This document shows, in pieces, positions 30,345 to 39,708 of a stretch of DNA of 64,000 bases. Position 1 is the first letter of the stretch; each line of letters starts with the position of its first letter. The notes beneath the pieces were generated by a model. That model had not been told where the DNA came from. It did no database searches and worked only from the letters and a program-made list of their open reading frames with translations. The position numbers and the translations under genes are program-made. This DNA comes from Gemmatimonadales bacterium (GTDB lineage: Bacteria; Gemmatimonadota; Gemmatimonadetes; Gemmatimonadales; GWC2-71-9). The stretch covers positions 1-64,000 of the forward strand of contig JBDIWC010000017.1 in assembly GCA_039794085.1 (NCBI GenBank). The letters are read 5' to 3'.

Positions 30345-31223
30345 CTATCTCCGGAGATCCGGCTCGATCTCCGTCTCCATGCAGCTGGGGCAGATGCCGT
30401 GGCTGAAACGGGACCTGGTGTGCCGCGAGATGTAGTTCTCCACGGAGTGCCAGAAGTCCTCGTCGTCCCGGATCTTCCGGCAGTAGGAACAGATTGGCAG
30501 GATGTCCTGCAGGGCACTCACTTCAGTCAGGGAGATTTCGAGATTCCGCAGCAGTTCCGCTCGCTCGGCCTCGGCCTCCTTCCGCGCAGTGATGTCCCGG
30601 GCGACTGAATAGATCACCCTCTCGATGGATCGTGGCGTCGCGTTCCACAGGAACCAGCGAAAGGAGCCGTCCTTGCAGAGGTACCGGTTCTCGAAGCCCA
30701 TCGCCTGCCCGCCCGCCCTCACCCGGGCATTCTGTTCCAGGGTCCTCTCACGATCATCAGGATGCACGAACTCAATGAAGGGTCGGGACATCAGTTCCAC
30801 GCGGGTGAAACCGAGGGTCCGCTCCCAGGCCGGGTTGAGCCGCCGGAAATACCCGTCGAAGTCGAGGAAGCAGAACATGTCGTGCGACGTGTCGAAGAAC
30901 TCGCGTAGCTCGTGCACCGCCGTGGACGCCTCGTGTCGATGGCGGGCCAACTCCAGCGTGAGATGCAATTCCCGGTCGCTCCATTTCCCGGTCTCGGCAC
31001 CGAGGAGAACGACCGGAACCGTCCAGTGCCGGCGAATGGCGGCGACCGCCTCGGTCCCGTCCGGGTCGCGGCGGAGGGGCAGGTGCACCAGCACGAGGTC
31101 GGGTTTCAGGGTCGCGGTCAGGGCACCCGTTTCGGCGCCGGACCGGGCGACTGGCATCACGGCATGCCCCAGCGTGGTCAGCCGAACCTCCAGGTCCGAG
31201 GAGGTGTCCCTGTCTTCATGCAC
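30345..31223 (-). CDS. degenerate receiver + PAS domain protein with C-terminal ICSYC/SHGIC zinc-like domain (start uncertain)
   Basis: receiver-like N-terminus, NPAWE...FVHPDDR PAS, LPICSYCRKIRDD...FSHGICPSC. Confidence 0.85.
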   Translation of the reverse strand: MHEDRDTSSDLEVRLTTLGHAVMPVARSGAETGALTATLKPDLVLVHLPLRRDPDGTEAVAAIRRHWTVPVVLLGAETGKWSDRELHLTLELARHRHEASTAVHELREFFDTSHDMFCFLDFDGYFRRLNPAWERTLGFTRVELMSRPFIEFVHPDDRERTLEQNARVRAGGQAMGFENRYLCKDGSFRWFLWNATPRSIERVIYSVARDITARKEAEAERAELLRNLEISLTEVSALQDILPICSYCRKIRDDEDFWHSVENYISRHTRSRFSHGICPSCMETEIEPDLRR

Positions 31224-31352
31224 GAGAAGGAGGCGCAGTGCGGTTTCCTGGAGTTCGTAGCCTGGTCGGTGGGCCGCGCGATAGAGAACATGGGGGAAAC
31301 GCCGACATCGCTGCCCGGGGAAGACCGGAAATCTAGCACCCTTCGCGTCCTG

Positions 31353-31829
31353 TCAGTTTCCCGCCGAGGCCGTGGCGTTCCAGATGTCCACCACGTTCCG
31401 CCATACGCCATCCGGATCCTTGCGCCACACCGTGACCGCCTTCCCGTAAGTCGTCAGGGGATTCCCCAGCGAATCGTGGATCGTGGTGGTTGTCCGCTCG
31501 AGGAGATGCCCCATGTCCCCGGCGCGGGCCACACTCACCGAGACCGGCTCCCAGCCGATCTGGAAACCCGGCAATTGCAGAGCGGCTTCGATGTAGTTGC
31601 GGATTGCCGCTTTTCCCTCCAGGGGTGGTGAATCGGGAGGGAGCAGCACGGCGTCCTCAGCCCACGGCTCGAGGATCGCCTCCAGGTCTCCCGACGCGAT
31701 GACGTTCGACCAGGCTCGGCTCCGCTCCATGAGGGCCGCACCCTCGGCCTCCAGGTCCAGGGCCGGAGGCTGGCATCCGAGGACGAGGCCGAGGAGCAGA
31801 AAGGGAAGGGGGTTCGGACAGTGCCGCAT
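31353..31829 (-). CDS. DUF4440/SnoaL-like (NTF2-fold) lipoprotein
   Basis: lipobox VLGC; WAEDAVLLPP, GDMG, TVWRKDPDGVWRNVVDIWN. Confidence 0.88.
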   Translation of the reverse strand: MRHCPNPLPFLLLGLVLGCQPPALDLEAEGAALMERSRAWSNVIASGDLEAILEPWAEDAVLLPPDSPPLEGKAAIRNYIEAALQLPGFQIGWEPVSVSVARAGDMGHLLERTTTTIHDSLGNPLTTYGKAVTVWRKDPDGVWRNVVDIWNATASAGN

Positions 31830-31964
31830 GGGTGCCGCTCCTTTCAGAAACGAGTTGGGCGTCGGCCACAGGGTGTCGGTCGCAACCGGCCACCGCTGGC
31901 AGGCCTTCGATGTGACACATTGCTGGAATTTGTCTGCTGATTGACGAAGCGGAGTGTACGCTGC

Positions 31965-32321
31965 CAACTCGAATCCCGCAATGACATGGTCGGGTTTCGA
32001 CTCGGGCCCTGGTCCCCCTACCTCCAGGTCGCGGACCCAGGGCGCGGCGGGCATCTGGCGGTGGGTGGAAACTACGCCTACCTCGATGTCAACGACGAGT
32101 TCGACCTCTTTGCCAACGGCAACAGCTTCGTGGGCGCCGACTTCGAGCGGTCCACGCCGAAGCGCCGCCTGAATGGCCGCCTGGAACTGGATGTGTACGG
32201 CCGCTACTTCTCCTCCACCAGCCGAGTGGGCATGACGGGCCCGACTGCGGGGTTTGCGCTGACCCCGGTGGGCGACCTCTTCACCATGGACGCCCGCGTG
32301 GCCGTGCGCGTGGCGAACTAA
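31965..32321 (+). pseudogene. C-terminal fragment of a possible outer-membrane beta-barrel protein
   Basis: alternating hydrophobic strands ending DARVAVRVAN; no credible start. Confidence 0.35.
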
Positions 32322-32325
32322 CTCG

Positions 32326-32735
32326 GGGTTCGCCGTGGTCGCCGGCGAAGTCAAGGCCCTGGCCAGCCAGACCGCCCAGGCGACCGAGGAGATCGAGCAG
32401 GAAATCCTCGCCATGCAGGACGCGAGTCAATTCGCCGAGAAGGCCATTGGTGACATTCTCCAGCGCATCACGACCGTCGAGCACCATGTGAGTTCTCTAT
32501 CGCCACCGCCGTCCGGGAGCAGGACTCGGCCACTGAGGAGATCGCCCGCACGGTGGAGTCGCTCTCGGGACAGGCTCATTCCGTGAGCACCACGATCACG
32601 AGCATGCGAGAAAGCACGGAGACCACGCAGACGGTGGCCGGGCGTGTGCTGGACGCCGCTCGTCACCTGAACGTCCAATCCGGCACCCTGACGTCCGAAG
32701 TCAACCGCCTCCTCGCCGATATCCGAGCGGCCTGA
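32326..32735 (+). pseudogene. truncated, frameshifted methyl-accepting chemotaxis protein fragment
   Basis: begins at GFAVVAGEVKALASQTA; frameshift at ~32498; resumes IATAVREQ...LLADIRAA. Confidence 0.85.
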
Positions 32736-33124
32736 CCCGGTCCGGCACCCGGGGACATCAGGTCCCCGGGTGGGCTCGACTCCATTCGCCCACCGACTCG
32801 TTGGCCGGCGCCTTCCGGGAAGCCGGGGGCCGTCACTCCTCCCGATCTTCCACTCTCCTTGGGTCACGGAAAACTCTCCGCGTTGGCTCGCGACCCAGGG
32901 GGCAATGGCTTGCGGACCATATCGGGTTGTGTGGTGCAAAGGGAATCCGGGGGGGGAGGGACAACGCTCCAGGGGGAACAGGAATTCCCGCCGATACCCT
33001 GAAGACCCTCATCCCATCCAGCCTTCGCCATATCCCACGGACTGACACCCCCCGAGGTCAGGGGGTGTCTTCACACACCGATAGTCATTCGGCGATTCGT
33101 GAGAGGGTCAGATCTGACCTGTGC

Positions 33125-33151
33125 TCCAGTTTGGTCCCGGCCGACCGATAG
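33125..33151 (+). promoter_or_regulatory. sigma28 (FliA)-like promoter
   Basis: TCCAGTTT-N11-ACCGATAG upstream of an MCP gene; weaker copies end at 33084 and 32997. Confidence 0.45.
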
Positions 33152-33220
33152 TCCGGGATGCCCCACGTCCCCCGGTGGATTCCGAGGAACTGGCTCAACC
33201 CGCCTCTTGAGGAAGGAACC

Positions 33221-34972
33221 ATGCTGCGGCTCTCGAATCTGACCATCGGCACCAGGCTCATCGGAAGTTTCACTCTCGTCCTGCTCGCGGCCCTCGGCCT
33301 CGGCCTGTTCGCGCGAGGCAAGGTGAACGCCGTGGCCGACCTCACGGACCGGCTCTACCGCCATCCCTACACGGTCACGAGTTCCGCTCTGGAAGTCGAG
33401 GGGCACATCACGGCGATGCACAGGAGCATGAAGGATGTGGCGCTGGCCACGACCCCGGAGGCAATCTCCGCCGCGGTCGCGGACGTGAACCAGCACGAGA
33501 CTGCGGTGTTGGAAGCCTTCGATCTTATCGAGGAACGGTTTCTTGGGGACAAGAAGGACGTGAAAAAAGCCCGCCAGACCTTCGTGGAGTGGCGTCCCAT
33601 TCGGGACGAGGTCATTGCCCTGAGCCGGGACGGGAACATGGAGGGGGCGGCCTTGGTGACCCGGGAACGGGGGGCCGGGCACGTCAAGGAGCTGAATGAC
33701 CAGGTGGAGGGCATCGTCGCATTCGCCAAGGAACGGGCCTCCGCCTTCATCGCCTCGGCACAGGATGAGCGGCAGAGGGCGAGCACGAGCATCTGGTGGA
33801 CTCTGTCCGGCCTCCTGGCGGCCAGTGGTGTCTTGGCCTGGGTGGCGACTCGCTCGATCACGGGGCCGATGAACCAGCTCAAGGAGGCGATGGCGTCCAT
33901 CTCCGGGGGGAACCTGGACACGGTGGTTCCCGGACGGGACCGTGAGGACGAAGTAGGGGCGATGGCCGCGGCTCTGGATGTCTTCAAGGGCGAGGCTCAG
34001 GAAAAGCGTCAGCTCGAAGCGCAGCGCGTGGTAGAGGAAAAGGAACGGGCCGAACGGGAACGCGAGGCAGCGGAACGTGCCCATCGGGCCGAGGATGAAC
34101 GCAAGGCGGCGGAGGCGGGAGTGCGCCGGCAGGCCCTCCTCGACCTCGCCACCTCCTTCGAGCGCAGCGTGCTGGGACTCGTGGATGATGTGGCGGCCTC
34201 GACCGAGGAGATGAGGGCCACGGCCGCGTCGATGTCCTCCCTGGCCGGGCACACCCGGAACCAGTCGGAGATGGCCAAGAGTGCCGCGGAGCTGACCTCC
34301 GGCAACGTGCAGGAGGTGTCGGCCGCCGTCGAGGAGCTGTCCGCGTCGGTCGCCGAAATCCGGAGACGGGTGGAGGGCGCCGCCTCGGTGAGCATCACCG
34401 CGGTGGACAAGGCGGAGCGGTCCTCCGCCACGGTGCAGCGACTGACCGAATCGGCTCATCGCATCGGGGAAGTTGTGGGGCTGATCGCCACCATCGCCAA
34501 GCAGACCAACCTCCTCGCCCTCAACGCCACCATCGAGGCGGCCCGGGCCGGCGAGGCTGGCAAGGGATTCGCCGTCGTGGCATCGGAAGTCAAGAATCTG
34601 GCGACGCAGACCGCCCAGGCCACCAACGACATCACCGCACAGATCGAGGAAATTCAGGCGTCGACCCAGGAGGTCGTGGGTGCCATCAACGACATCACCG
34701 GGACCATCACGGAAATCCGGGAGATCTCCTCGGGGATCGCCACTTCGGTGGAGCAGCAGGGTGTGGCCACCCAGGAGATCAGCCGGAATGCCCACGGCGC
34801 GGCTGGAGGGACGGGCCAGGTGACGGACACCATCGCCCAGGTCCTGCAAGCAGCGGCCGAGACCGGGGACGGAGCCTCCATGGTCCTGACGGCCTCGGAC
34901 AACCTCGCGGACCGGGCGCGCATGCTCAGCCAGCAGGTGGGGGAGTTCCTCGACAACGTGCGGGCGGCCTGA
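33221..34972 (+). CDS. methyl-accepting chemotaxis protein (2 TM, four-helix sensor, HAMP)
   Basis: [53 protein letters not shown]. Confidence 0.96.
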   Translation: MLRLSNLTIGTRLIGSFTLVLLAALGLGLFARGKVNAVADLTDRLYRHPYTVTSSALEVEGHITAMHRSMKDVALATTPEAISAAVADVNQHETAVLEAFDLIEERFLGDKKDVKKARQTFVEWRPIRDEVIALSRDGNMEGAALVTRERGAGHVKELNDQVEGIVAFAKERASAFIASAQDERQRASTSIWWTLSGLLAASGVLAWVATRSITGPMNQLKEAMASISGGNLDTVVPGRDREDEVGAMAAALDVFKGEAQEKRQLEAQRVVEEKERAEREREAAERAHRAEDERKAAEAGVRRQALLDLATSFERSVLGLVDDVAASTEEMRATAASMSSLAGHTRNQSEMAKSAAELTSGNVQEVSAAVEELSASVAEIRRRVEGAASVSITAVDKAERSSATVQRLTESAHRIGEVVGLIATIAKQTNLLALNATIEAARAGEAGKGFAVVASEVKNLATQTAQATNDITAQIEEIQASTQEVVGAINDITGTITEIREISSGIATSVEQQGVATQEISRNAHGAAGGTGQVTDTIAQVLQAAAETGDGASMVLTASDNLADRARMLSQQVGEFLDNVRAA

Positions 34973-34979
34973 TCCCACC

Positions 34980-36443
34980 ATGAAGAATCCGCTCATGAAC
35001 CAGACGGTTTCTTGGGGGGCAGGTGCCGTTCTCGTGATCTGCCTTGCCACGGCACCGGCAGCGGCCCAGACCGCCTCGCCTTCCCCGAGCTGCGGAAGCC
35101 TCGCCCCGGCCGTGGCGGGGTCTCACAAGGGAGTCTACTTCGCGAACGACTTCGGGTACCTCCGGAGTTCGTGCCTGTCCGCCGCGGGGGGACGGGATGC
35201 CTTCGTCCGCGCCACGGACCGGTTGAAGAGAATCTCGCTGGGTTCGGGAGTCCTCGTCGATCTCGGAGGTGAGTTTCGGCTGCGGTCCCATGACGAGAAT
35301 CGGTTCGCCTTGACTCGCCTCTCCGGAGGGGACAACAGTTTCACCCTCAGTCGTCTGCGCCTGTATGCCAACGTCGAAATCGGCTCTCATGTGCGGTTGT
35401 ACGCCGAGGGGCTCGACGCCCGGAGCTTCGGGGAGGAGTGGGCGCCGCGTTCCATCGAGGTGGACGAGGTGGACCTGTTGAACGGGTTCGCCGAGGTCCG
35501 GGTGGGGAACCCGGCGCGGAAGGGCTTTGCCCGGGTGGGGCGCCAGGAACTGCTCCTGGGAGCGCAGCGTCTCATCTCCCCCCTGGACTGGGGCAATACC
35601 CGACGGAGCTTTGATGGCGTCGCCGGCGGATATCAGTCCGGAGACTTCCGCCTCGATGCTTTCGGGGTGTTTCCCCGCACGGTGCGTCCCCACGAGGCGA
35701 ACACGAGGGATGACAGCCAGCGGTTCAGCGGGGTGTACCTCAGCAAGGGGCGCCCCGGCGCCGTCCAGGCGGATGTGTACCTCCTCAACCTTCGGGAAAC
35801 CCGAGGGGCAGTGTTCGACTACGACATCTGGACCGTGGGCGCCCGCAGCGTCGGCACCTTCCGGTCCTGGACCTGGGATGTGGAGGGGGGATTCCAGTGG
35901 GGAGATCATGACCAGGAAGGACAGCAGCGAGCCGGATTCTTCTCTGCGGTGGCCGGGTCTGGACTCCCGGTGCCGGGTCGAGTGAGGATCGAGGCCGGTT
36001 TTGACTGGGCCCAGGGGGATGAGGATGCCACCGATGGAACCCGCAGGACCTTCAACCAGCTTTTCCCCCTGGCCCACGCCTACCTGGGGTACATGGACCT
36101 GGTTGCCCGCCAGAACATCGTGGCGCTGAGTCTGCGGGCCAGCGCCCAGCCCCTTCCGAAGCTCTCACTTCAGGCCACCGGCTTCGACTTCCGGTTGGAG
36201 AGCGAGACGGACGCCCTGTACAACGCGGGCGGAGGGGCGATCCGGCGGGATGCGACGGGGGTCTCGGGCAATCGCGTGGGACGGGAACTGGATTTCCTGG
36301 CCAAATACACCCTGACGGCTCGGAGCGATCTCCTCGTGGGGTGGTCACGATTCTGGGGCGGTCGCTTCATCGAGGCGACCAATACGGATGGCGTGAGCGG
36401 CGATGCGGACTTCGTCTACACCCAGCTGGCTGTGCGATTCTGA
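34980..36443 (+). CDS. alginate export (AlgE)-family outer-membrane porin
   Basis: signal peptide, GGEFRLR, RVGRQEL, WGNTRRSFDG, FNQLFPLAHAYLG, terminal Phe. Confidence 0.88.
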   Translation: MKNPLMNQTVSWGAGAVLVICLATAPAAAQTASPSPSCGSLAPAVAGSHKGVYFANDFGYLRSSCLSAAGGRDAFVRATDRLKRISLGSGVLVDLGGEFRLRSHDENRFALTRLSGGDNSFTLSRLRLYANVEIGSHVRLYAEGLDARSFGEEWAPRSIEVDEVDLLNGFAEVRVGNPARKGFARVGRQELLLGAQRLISPLDWGNTRRSFDGVAGGYQSGDFRLDAFGVFPRTVRPHEANTRDDSQRFSGVYLSKGRPGAVQADVYLLNLRETRGAVFDYDIWTVGARSVGTFRSWTWDVEGGFQWGDHDQEGQQRAGFFSAVAGSGLPVPGRVRIEAGFDWAQGDEDATDGTRRTFNQLFPLAHAYLGYMDLVARQNIVALSLRASAQPLPKLSLQATGFDFRLESETDALYNAGGGAIRRDATGVSGNRVGRELDFLAKYTLTARSDLLVGWSRFWGGRFIEATNTDGVSGDADFVYTQLAVRF

Positions 36444-36519
36444 CCCCCATGACCGACGTCGATCATTGTTCGGGATCCACCAGATCATGAGGGTGGTAGG
36501 GGAGCACCGGTGTCTGGCG

Positions 36520-36968
36520 GGAGAAGAGCCGCCGCGCGAGCCATCAGGGCCGTCGGCGCTGGCGTCAACCAGGCAAGGTTGAGGAGCCCGTTCGGGAGGG
36601 CCCTCCGCATAGTAGTCATCGTTGCCGAAGTCGACGAGAGTGGGGCGCCAGAGGCCCAGATTTCCGCCATCCACCAGGTCACAGGAACAATCCCTCGTAT
36701 GGTATGGATTGCCGGAATCGTGCGTAGGGGCACTCCGGTTCACGTATCCGAGTCTGTAGACGAAGTCGGGGAGGCCGGCGGGATGGCGGTGGAGAGTCCG
36801 GCCGTCGCGGTCTGCGTCACTGTCGTGACAGCCTCGATGGTCAGAGGTGATGGGCGGGGGCCGGTGGGATCCGGTGCACCTTCCCCACCACCACAGCCGG
36901 ACAGGAGACCACAGAAAAGGACGAGCGGGGCAGAGAGCCAGTGAGGCGTGCGTTGCCAAGTGCCCATG
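36520..36968 (-). pseudogene. possible remnant of a secreted lipoprotein
   Basis: lipobox LSGC in one frame; protein-like LWRPTLVDFGNDDYY in another frame downstream. Confidence 0.35.
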
Positions 36969-37506
36969 TGCAATCTTCCCTCTGGGGTTCTGTCATCCTG
37001 CCGTGGCAACCGGGTTTGGGTGATGTCTCACCAATGGTATAGTGGACTGGATCGCAATTCAATCCCGGTTGTCGGCCGACAAGTACCCCGCGAGACCTGT
37101 CCGTGGTTGGGATGGGGTCCCGTTCCAGGTGGCTGGACGTGATGGCGTGCGTGGAAAAACCTGGAGACGTTATCAACAATCAACATGAGGTGAACTCGAA
37201 TAGAATGCTGGTGTCAAAGAAGTTGAACGTGGTTGAATAAATCGCCGTTGAGCCACGGAATCAAGGGGTTCTTCTCCGGCTAACCTTCGCTGTTCACCGT
37301 GGTCCTGGACAGAACATGGACGGCTGTGATGACCGTCATCGGTTCCCGTTTGTGGATAAATTCCTCCAGTTTCCCACGCAAATCTCCGCGATCCCAATTC
37401 GCCCTTCTCCTGGCGGCAGGGTAACATTCAGCACCCCCGCCAGACCGCCACGGCCGGAACCCTGTAGGGGGATCAGGTGGGATACGAACTCTTCCTCGGA
37501 GTCATC

Positions 37507-39075
37507 GTGACACAGCGCTGCTGGAGGTCCCTCGGTGTGACCGCCCTGATCGCCCTCGGAGCTGGGTTCGGCTTCGGAGCACCGGGGAGAATGGGTGAAC
37601 AGTTTCCGGTGATCATTGACGGCGCGTTCGATGACTGGGAGGCCATTGAACCGATCCTCCGTGATCCCCCCGATGCGCCCGGGGCGGCAGTGGACCTCCG
37701 GGAGCTCCGGGTCCAGGACGACCCGACCTGGATCTACTTTGCCCTTTCCTGGGACGGAACAGTCAACGCGCAGGGCATGCCCGGAAGCGTCCGGATCCTG
37801 CTCGATGCCGATGGGGACCCGGCAACGGGGGCCCGCGTCGGTGATCTGGCCGGCGTCGACGCGGTGGTCGAGCTGTCCCGGCGCGATCGGCCTCGCGGGA
37901 ATGGTTACGGCTCCGGAAATGGTCTTCGGCCGGTGACGTCCGAGGGGAGAGATACCGCCAGCATCCTGCCCGGGGCACTCGGTGGTCTCACAGTGGCGCC
38001 GACCCATGCGGCGTCCCGCATCGAGCTGCGGGTCCGGCGCGGGACCGAGCTGCCGGGGGTGCGGCCGCTCTTCCTCGGTTCCACGCTCCGGATTCAGGTG
38101 CTGTTCGAGACCGAGTCCGGCATCGACGATCGCACCGATGTCGCCACCCATGCGGCGCTGACTCCGGCCTCTCCCGTGGTCCCCCTGGCTCCGGCGGACT
38201 CGGTGGCGCGCCAGCCGGGGCAGGTGCGGGTCGTGGCGTGGAATGTCTCCGGCACCAAGCCGCGAGATGAGCCCGAGGCCTTCGGGCGGGTGATCGCTGC
38301 CCTCGCCCCCGATGTCATCCTGCTGGATGAGGTATGGGAGACGGTGACGGAGGATGCGATTCGGGAACTCCTCGCCCCAATCCCTGGCGAGGGCCCTTGG
38401 AACGTTCATGTCGCGCAGAGTGGCGGGCGACAGAAAACGGTCGTCGCCTCGCGGCACCCGGTGCGGGCGGTGGACGCCATGCGCATGATGTCCTATCCCC
38501 CGGGTGCCCTGGACAGCCTGGTGCGCACCGCGGGACTCCGTCCCCGCCTGGCGGAGATCGAGGAGCGGGGAGGACTGGCCATGACCGGTGCCTGGGTCAC
38601 CCTGGAGGGACGGGAGGTGCTCTTCGTTCCCTTCGATCTCCAGAGTGCGGGGTATGCCGGTTCTCCCGAGGACCGCCTCCGTGTTCTGCAGGTGACGATC
38701 CTGCGGGATGCCGTGCGGGAAGCCCTTCGCGGTGCACGGGATTCGCTGGTCATCCTCGGCGGTGACGTCAATCTGGTCGGGTCGGACGAGCCCCTGCGGA
38801 TCCTGGAGGCCGACGGTCGCCAGCGCGCACGGCTGGTACGCCTCGCCGATGGGACCCTGGACACCTGGCGGAACCCGACGCAGGACATCTTCACCCCCGG
38901 TCGGCTTGATTACCTGATTGCGGGGGGCGCCGGACTGCGGTTTGTGCGGGGCTTCCCGTTCGAGTCCGCGGAGCTGGATCCCGACGCATTGCAGCGATTC
39001 GGGCTCCGCGCCGACGATGCCGTGACAATCTCCGATCATCTGCCGCTGGTGGGAGATTTTCAGATTCTGCGATAA
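37507..39075 (+). CDS. secreted endonuclease/exonuclease/phosphatase-family protein
   Basis: WNV, PDVILLDE, GDVN, RLDY, SDHLP. Confidence 0.9.
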   Translation: MTQRCWRSLGVTALIALGAGFGFGAPGRMGEQFPVIIDGAFDDWEAIEPILRDPPDAPGAAVDLRELRVQDDPTWIYFALSWDGTVNAQGMPGSVRILLDADGDPATGARVGDLAGVDAVVELSRRDRPRGNGYGSGNGLRPVTSEGRDTASILPGALGGLTVAPTHAASRIELRVRRGTELPGVRPLFLGSTLRIQVLFETESGIDDRTDVATHAALTPASPVVPLAPADSVARQPGQVRVVAWNVSGTKPRDEPEAFGRVIAALAPDVILLDEVWETVTEDAIRELLAPIPGEGPWNVHVAQSGGRQKTVVASRHPVRAVDAMRMMSYPPGALDSLVRTAGLRPRLAEIEERGGLAMTGAWVTLEGREVLFVPFDLQSAGYAGSPEDRLRVLQVTILRDAVREALRGARDSLVILGGDVNLVGSDEPLRILEADGRQRARLVRLADGTLDTWRNPTQDIFTPGRLDYLIAGGAGLRFVRGFPFESAELDPDALQRFGLRADDAVTISDHLPLVGDFQILR

Positions 39076-39125
39076 GACATGATGGTCCCGGGCGGCAGGA
39101 CTTCGCCTTGCCCATGGTGATGTGG

Positions 39126-39560
39126 CCCTTCAGGCTTTGGCATGGGCCATGTCCAGCCCGGAGCGCCTCCCCTCACCCCAAAAGGCAAACCACAAACAGC
39201 ACAAAAGGCACAAAACCGCCAACCTGAGCACCGGAGCGCCTCATCTCCCCCCCCGGAAGAAACCGCGGATGGCACTGATGACGCAGAGTGAATTCTGCCC
39301 AGGCTGGTCCCGAGTCGAGTCGGTGTGGGGGGTGTGGCTCGGTGTCATCTGCGTCATCTGTGGTTCCGCCTCCCTCCCGACAGCGAGCCACCCTCCGCGG
39401 GATCTCGTGCTTCTTGTGCCCCTTGTGCCTCTTGTGGCGATTCCGCCGCCCGCCTGGCCACCGGAGCCCTCACCTCACGGCGAAATCCAACCCCAAGAAG
39501 GCGTGAAGCCCTGGGAAATGGTGGGCTGAAGGTCTCCTTACCCTCACGAAACCCGGATGA
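39126..39560. repeat. composite intergenic repeat, copy 1 (inverted homolog of 51634-51850)
   Basis: CCCTTCAGGCTTTGGCATGGGCC...CCCCAAAAGGCAA...CACGAAACCCGGATGA shared; ~225 extra internal bp. Confidence 0.9.
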
Positions 39561-39708
39561 ACCAGTGATGTGGGGTGCTGCGCGATCCTGTCACCCACAG
39601 GACGGCGCCGAAGCTTGGTTCCCACCATCACGAGCAGATCCGGCCCGAACGGCCATGTCACCAGCGAGGCCACGGGAGAGGCAGGCGCTTGGCGGATTGG
39701 GCGTCCGT

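Noticed and set aside
33044..33069. GACACCCCC/GGGGGTGTC hairpin upstream of the MCP as a c-di-GMP riboswitch
   Set aside because: Single hairpin without the GEMM consensus
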